A DNA stretch of 20,000 nt from an uncultured virus (IMG/VR IMGVR_UViG_3300022602_000072) (Duplodnaviria > Heunggongvirae > Uroviricota > Caudoviricetes). Of this stretch, positions 17,038-20,000 are shown piece after piece. The DNA is taken from IMG/VR virus record IMGVR_UViG_3300022602_000072; one strand, written 5' to 3'. The notes beneath the pieces were generated by a model that saw only the letters and a program-made list of their open reading frames with translations, was not told the origin of the DNA and did no database searches. Position 1 is the stretch's first letter, and every line of letters starts with the position of its first letter. Position numbers and translations under genes: made by a program.

Positions 17038-18259
17038 TGAAGAGAGGCTGATCTCTAAAGTAATCTATGCTAGAGAGATCATTCCAGCTATGGAAGCTGG
17101 TATAGAAGATGATTGGTTCTTTGTTGCAGAGAACCGAGCTGTGTGGAAGTTTATCCGCCAGCATTGGACTAGGTATGAAGAAGTACCCACTGCAGTAACC
17201 GTTAAAGATAACTTCCCAACGTATCGTCTACTTGCCGTAGAGGATTCGCTTGAGTATTTGGTAGACCAACTGATTGAATATAGAAAACGTCATAAGGCTA
17301 TTGAGGTAGTTCAGAACGCTGCAGACGCCATTGCTGCCGGCGATCATAATAAAGCTATCGCTGAGATGAGCCAGGGCGTTGCTACCATCTTTGATGAAAC
17401 AGTTACTCAAAGTTCCGATGTTGATCTTACTGATAACCCAGAGAAGCGCTTTGATGAGTATCTATCTATCAAGACTCGTGATGGTGGGTTACTTGGATAC
17501 CGTACAGGATTTAGAACTATTGATGAGGCTACCGCCGGTTTACAACCCGGTCAGCTAATTACTATCATCGCACCACCTAAGACAGGTAAATCAGTTTTGG
17601 CTATGCAGATTGCTGTTAACGTTCATGAGGACGGTCACGTTCCAATGTTCCAGTCATTTGAGATGACCAACATTGAGCAGCAACATCGTCATGATGCTAT
17701 GCGTGCCAATATCGCACACTCACGTTTAACTCGTGGAAAGCTTACGCTAGATGAGGAGCGCCGATACAAGGATGCCCTACAGCGTATGGAGTCCATGCAA
17801 AAGTTCTACCTAACAGACTCCTCTTCAGCTATGACTGTGTCTGGCCTACAGGCAAAGATTGAAAAGATTCGTCCAGACATTGTTTTTGTGGATGGTGTCT
17901 ATCTTATGGTAGATGAGGCCAGTGGCGAATCAAATACGCCTCAGGCCCTTACCAGCATCACTCGTAACCTAAAGCGTTTGGCACAACGACAAGAGATTCC
18001 AATCGTTATCTCTACCCAGGTACTTCTTTGGAAGATGAAGAGGCGCCAAGTAAGTGCCGACTCTATCGGTTACTCATCCTCATTCTTCCAGGACTCAGAT
18101 GTTATCTTGGGTCTACAAAAGCAAGACGAGGAAGATGATTCATCTAGAGAACTTCGTATTGTAGCTAGCCGTAACTCTGGCCCAGCTACTAGCGATCTAC
18201 TTTGGGATTGGGAGGGTGGGCGGTTTGAAGAGTACGGATCTTTTGGTCAGCAAATCTAG
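17024..18259 (+). CDS. dnaB: Replicative DNA helicase, DnaB family
   Basis: TGFRTIDEATAGLQPGQLITIIAPPKTGKS, SFEM, IVFVDGVYLM, LKRLA...IPIVISTQ, QDSDVILGL and IVASRN. Likely start is ATG 17024 (MAADNE). Confidence 0.93.
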   Translation: MAADNEERLISKVIYAREIIPAMEAGIEDDWFFVAENRAVWKFIRQHWTRYEEVPTAVTVKDNFPTYRLLAVEDSLEYLVDQLIEYRKRHKAIEVVQNAADAIAAGDHNKAIAEMSQGVATIFDETVTQSSDVDLTDNPEKRFDEYLSIKTRDGGLLGYRTGFRTIDEATAGLQPGQLITIIAPPKTGKSVLAMQIAVNVHEDGHVPMFQSFEMTNIEQQHRHDAMRANIAHSRLTRGKLTLDEERRYKDALQRMESMQKFYLTDSSSAMTVSGLQAKIEKIRPDIVFVDGVYLMVDEASGESNTPQALTSITRNLKRLAQRQEIPIVISTQVLLWKMKRRQVSADSIGYSSSFFQDSDVILGLQKQDEEDDSSRELRIVASRNSGPATSDLLWDWEGGRFEEYGSFGQQI

Positions 18260-18491
18260 TCCCTTCGATGGAACACAGCTTTGCATAGAGGAAGATATAA
18301 ATCTTTTCTTTCCAACGTTGTACACGGATATAGATACAGTTAATAAGGCAAAAGCAGTCTGTGACGATTGTTGGATCAAGGATAGATGTTTAGAGTACGC
18401 AATGCAGTCTCCAACGCTTGAGGGCATTTGGGGAGGCACCACCCCACGAGACAGGAAGCGGTTAAGAAAATTAAAGACATCAACGATGTAA
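18225..18491 (+). CDS. whiB: WhiB-family Fe-S transcription factor
   Basis: Four Cys (QLC...FFP...AKAVCDDCWIKDRCLEYA), the EGIWGGTTPRDR turn motif and a basic tail. Start probably TTG 18225 (GGAGG at 18211-18215). The track start is 18216. Confidence 0.92.
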   Translation: MKSTDLLVSKSSPFDGTQLCIEEDINLFFPTLYTDIDTVNKAKAVCDDCWIKDRCLEYAMQSPTLEGIWGGTTPRDRKRLRKLKTSTM

Positions 18492-18697
18492 AGCCAGATT
18501 ACACACAGGCTATGGATATCCGTGGCGATATTCCTACAATGGTTTGCCCATGTGGATGCTATGTGTGGAATCTAAAAGTAAGTTGGGATGAAGAAGGCGC
18601 CATTGCGGCCTACTTTGAAACTATGGAGTGCATTGAGTGCGGAACTTTAGCTACTGCCCCAATGCCCGGAGTAAATATAGGATTGGAGGGATTATGA
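18428..18697 (+). CDS. Small Zn-ribbon hypothetical protein
   Basis: CPCG and CIECG motifs. Start uncertain: the first ATG is at 18512 (MDIRG), and the longer form overlaps whiB. Confidence 0.65.
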   Translation: MGRHHPTRQEAVKKIKDINDVKPDYTQAMDIRGDIPTMVCPCGCYVWNLKVSWDEEGAIAAYFETMECIECGTLATAPMPGVNIGLEGL

Positions 18698-18900
18698 CAT
18701 ATGTAATCTTTGGCGGCATTTGCTTCCTTATTGGAATCTATACTGCCTTTGCAGTTTGGCTCATAGAGTTCTCACCTTTCGCACAAAAGCAAGATGCTAA
18801 AGAGCATGGAGTAAAAGTTCGTTGCATTCATTGTGGCAGGATGTATCGAACAGGTTATAACAATGTAAGAACTGCTAACTACTGTAACGAATGTAGGTAA
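18694..18900 (+). CDS. Small membrane-anchored Zn-ribbon protein
   Basis: ATGA overlap at 18694 with GGAGG upstream. MTYVIFGGICFLIGIYTAFAVWLI is a likely TM helix, followed by CIHC and CNEC. Confidence 0.65.
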   Translation: MTYVIFGGICFLIGIYTAFAVWLIEFSPFAQKQDAKEHGVKVRCIHCGRMYRTGYNNVRTANYCNECR

Positions 18901-19871
18901 TGATGTATCGTGAGGGCGATGTAGAGACGGCTCTGCTCCGCATGGGTATAGAAGTATCCCAGCGGGGCGATGAGCTTATTGGCCTATGTCCTATGCACCT
19001 TGAAAGAACAGGGCGTCAAGACTCAAACCCATCCTGGTCTATTAACACGGAGACCGGAGTTCATCACTGTTTCTCTTGTGGGTATAAGGGAACTCTCTTT
19101 ACTCTAGTTGCAGAGATTAATGAGTTTGAAACTCAGTGGGGCCGTCTAGACTTTGATGCGGCTAGGGACTGGCTTCGTCAGAATATCGAGGTCAACTTTG
19201 AGCTTTTGGTAAAGCAATTGGAGGAAGCTAAAAACTCCTATGTGCCAATCCCACGAGTTTTAGAGATGTCTGAGGCTCGTCTGGCTCTCTACACATCGCC
19301 CCCAGAATGGGCTTTAGAAGCCCGAGGTTTGTCTGAGGAGGCCGTTAAGGCCTACGGAGTACTCTGGGATACAAGACAAGAGGCTTGGGTGCTTCCAATC
19401 CGTGAACCGCATACAGGTAAGCTGATGGGCTGGCAGGAGAAAGGTCAGAAGACCAGACTCTTTCGTAACCGCCCCACCGGCGTAAAGAAGTCCCAGACTC
19501 TATTTGGCTTTGCCCAATATACCGGTGGTCCAATGATCATAGTTGAGTCTCCTCTTGATTGCGTAAAGCTATTATCATTGGGAATATCTGGTGGGGTTGC
19601 AACTTACGGAGCATCCTTCAGCAAGGACCAACTCTCATTGATGAGGGCTGCAGATAGTCTAGTGGTTGCGTTTGATAACCCCAAGGTAGATGCAGCCGGA
19701 CTTAAGGCTTCTAAGGAGATGTTAGCTAAGCTTAAGGAAAACGGATTAGAGTGTAAGTTCTTTAACTACACCACAGATGCTAAGGACATTGGCGATATGG
19801 ACCAAGAATCGGTTATACTGGGATTAGGAAGTGCTAAGCATTCCGTATTTGGAGAGAGGGCATTTGTATGA
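18900..19871 (+). CDS. DNA primase (CHC2 zinc finger plus TOPRIM, DnaG-like)
   Basis: CPMH...PSWSIN...HHCFSCG zinc finger, ARGL, LFG, IIVESPLD, VVAFDN..DAAG and KDIGD. Confidence 0.92.
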   Translation: MMYREGDVETALLRMGIEVSQRGDELIGLCPMHLERTGRQDSNPSWSINTETGVHHCFSCGYKGTLFTLVAEINEFETQWGRLDFDAARDWLRQNIEVNFELLVKQLEEAKNSYVPIPRVLEMSEARLALYTSPPEWALEARGLSEEAVKAYGVLWDTRQEAWVLPIREPHTGKLMGWQEKGQKTRLFRNRPTGVKKSQTLFGFAQYTGGPMIIVESPLDCVKLLSLGISGGVATYGASFSKDQLSLMRAADSLVVAFDNPKVDAAGLKASKEMLAKLKENGLECKFFNYTTDAKDIGDMDQESVILGLGSAKHSVFGERAFV

Positions 19872-20000
19872 TTATTGGACTATCTGGGTACGCCCAGTCA
19901 GGTAAAGACACTGTAGCTAATTATTTAGTAGAAAATCACGGGTTTACTCGTGTAGCTTTTGCTGACCCTATTCGTGAACTTCTATACAAAATGAATCCCA
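19868..20000 (+). CDS. Deoxynucleoside monophosphate kinase, N-terminal fragment (3' truncated by the window edge)
   Basis: Not in the ORF track. Translates to MIIGLSGYAQSGKDTVANYLVENHGFTRVAFADPIRELLYKMNP, with the P-loop GxxxSGKDT and FADP motif of T4 gp1-like kinases. ATGA overlap with the primase stop. Confidence 0.88.
   Translation, partial: MIIGLSGYAQSGKDTVANYLVENHGFTRVAFADPIRELLYKMNP

Noticed and set aside
1064..19533. Minus-strand and nested short ORFs in the track (e.g. 1064-1267, 5255-5536, 6851-7141, 15605-15871, 16067-16354, 19345-19533)
   Set aside because: They lie within well-supported plus-strand genes and have no motifs, so they are treated as shadow ORFs.
1..20000. CRISPR array, tRNA, intron/intein, DGR repeats, integrase or clear Rho-independent terminator
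   Set aside because: None were recognised by eye. Intergenic gaps are minimal, and the helicase and primase have normal lengths. A covariance-model search was not possible.

Overview
This is a 20 kb, gene-dense, all plus-strand segment of a contractile-tailed (myovirus-type) phage. The host is most likely an actinobacterium: the window encodes a WhiB protein, and the moderate-to-low GC seen by eye would fit freshwater Actinobacteria. Bases 1-14448 hold a tail/baseplate module with T4/eCIS-like gene order: end of sheath, tube, Zn-finger chaperone/hub-assembly gene plus a small downstream ORF, tape measure with M23 and lysozyme-like domains, tube initiator, LysM, a hub split over two genes, an OB-fold-only spike, gp25, gpJ/gp6, and a large gpI/gp7-like protein with four carbohydrate-binding-type repeats. 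Two sigma70/SigA-type promoters at about 14.4 and 14.7 kb open a replication module: small membrane protein, HTH initiator with an internal origin-like palindrome cluster, DnaC-like ATPase, SWIM protein, DnaB, WhiB, Zn-ribbon proteins, primase and the start of a dNMP kinase. The most notable observations are a candidate +1 frameshift at TTT-CGC-TAG, a probable leaderless promoter, the origin plus internal start in the initiator, the truncated spike and split hub, and one beta-domain inserted in both wedge proteins. All product calls come from motif recognition and synteny; no database searches were run.
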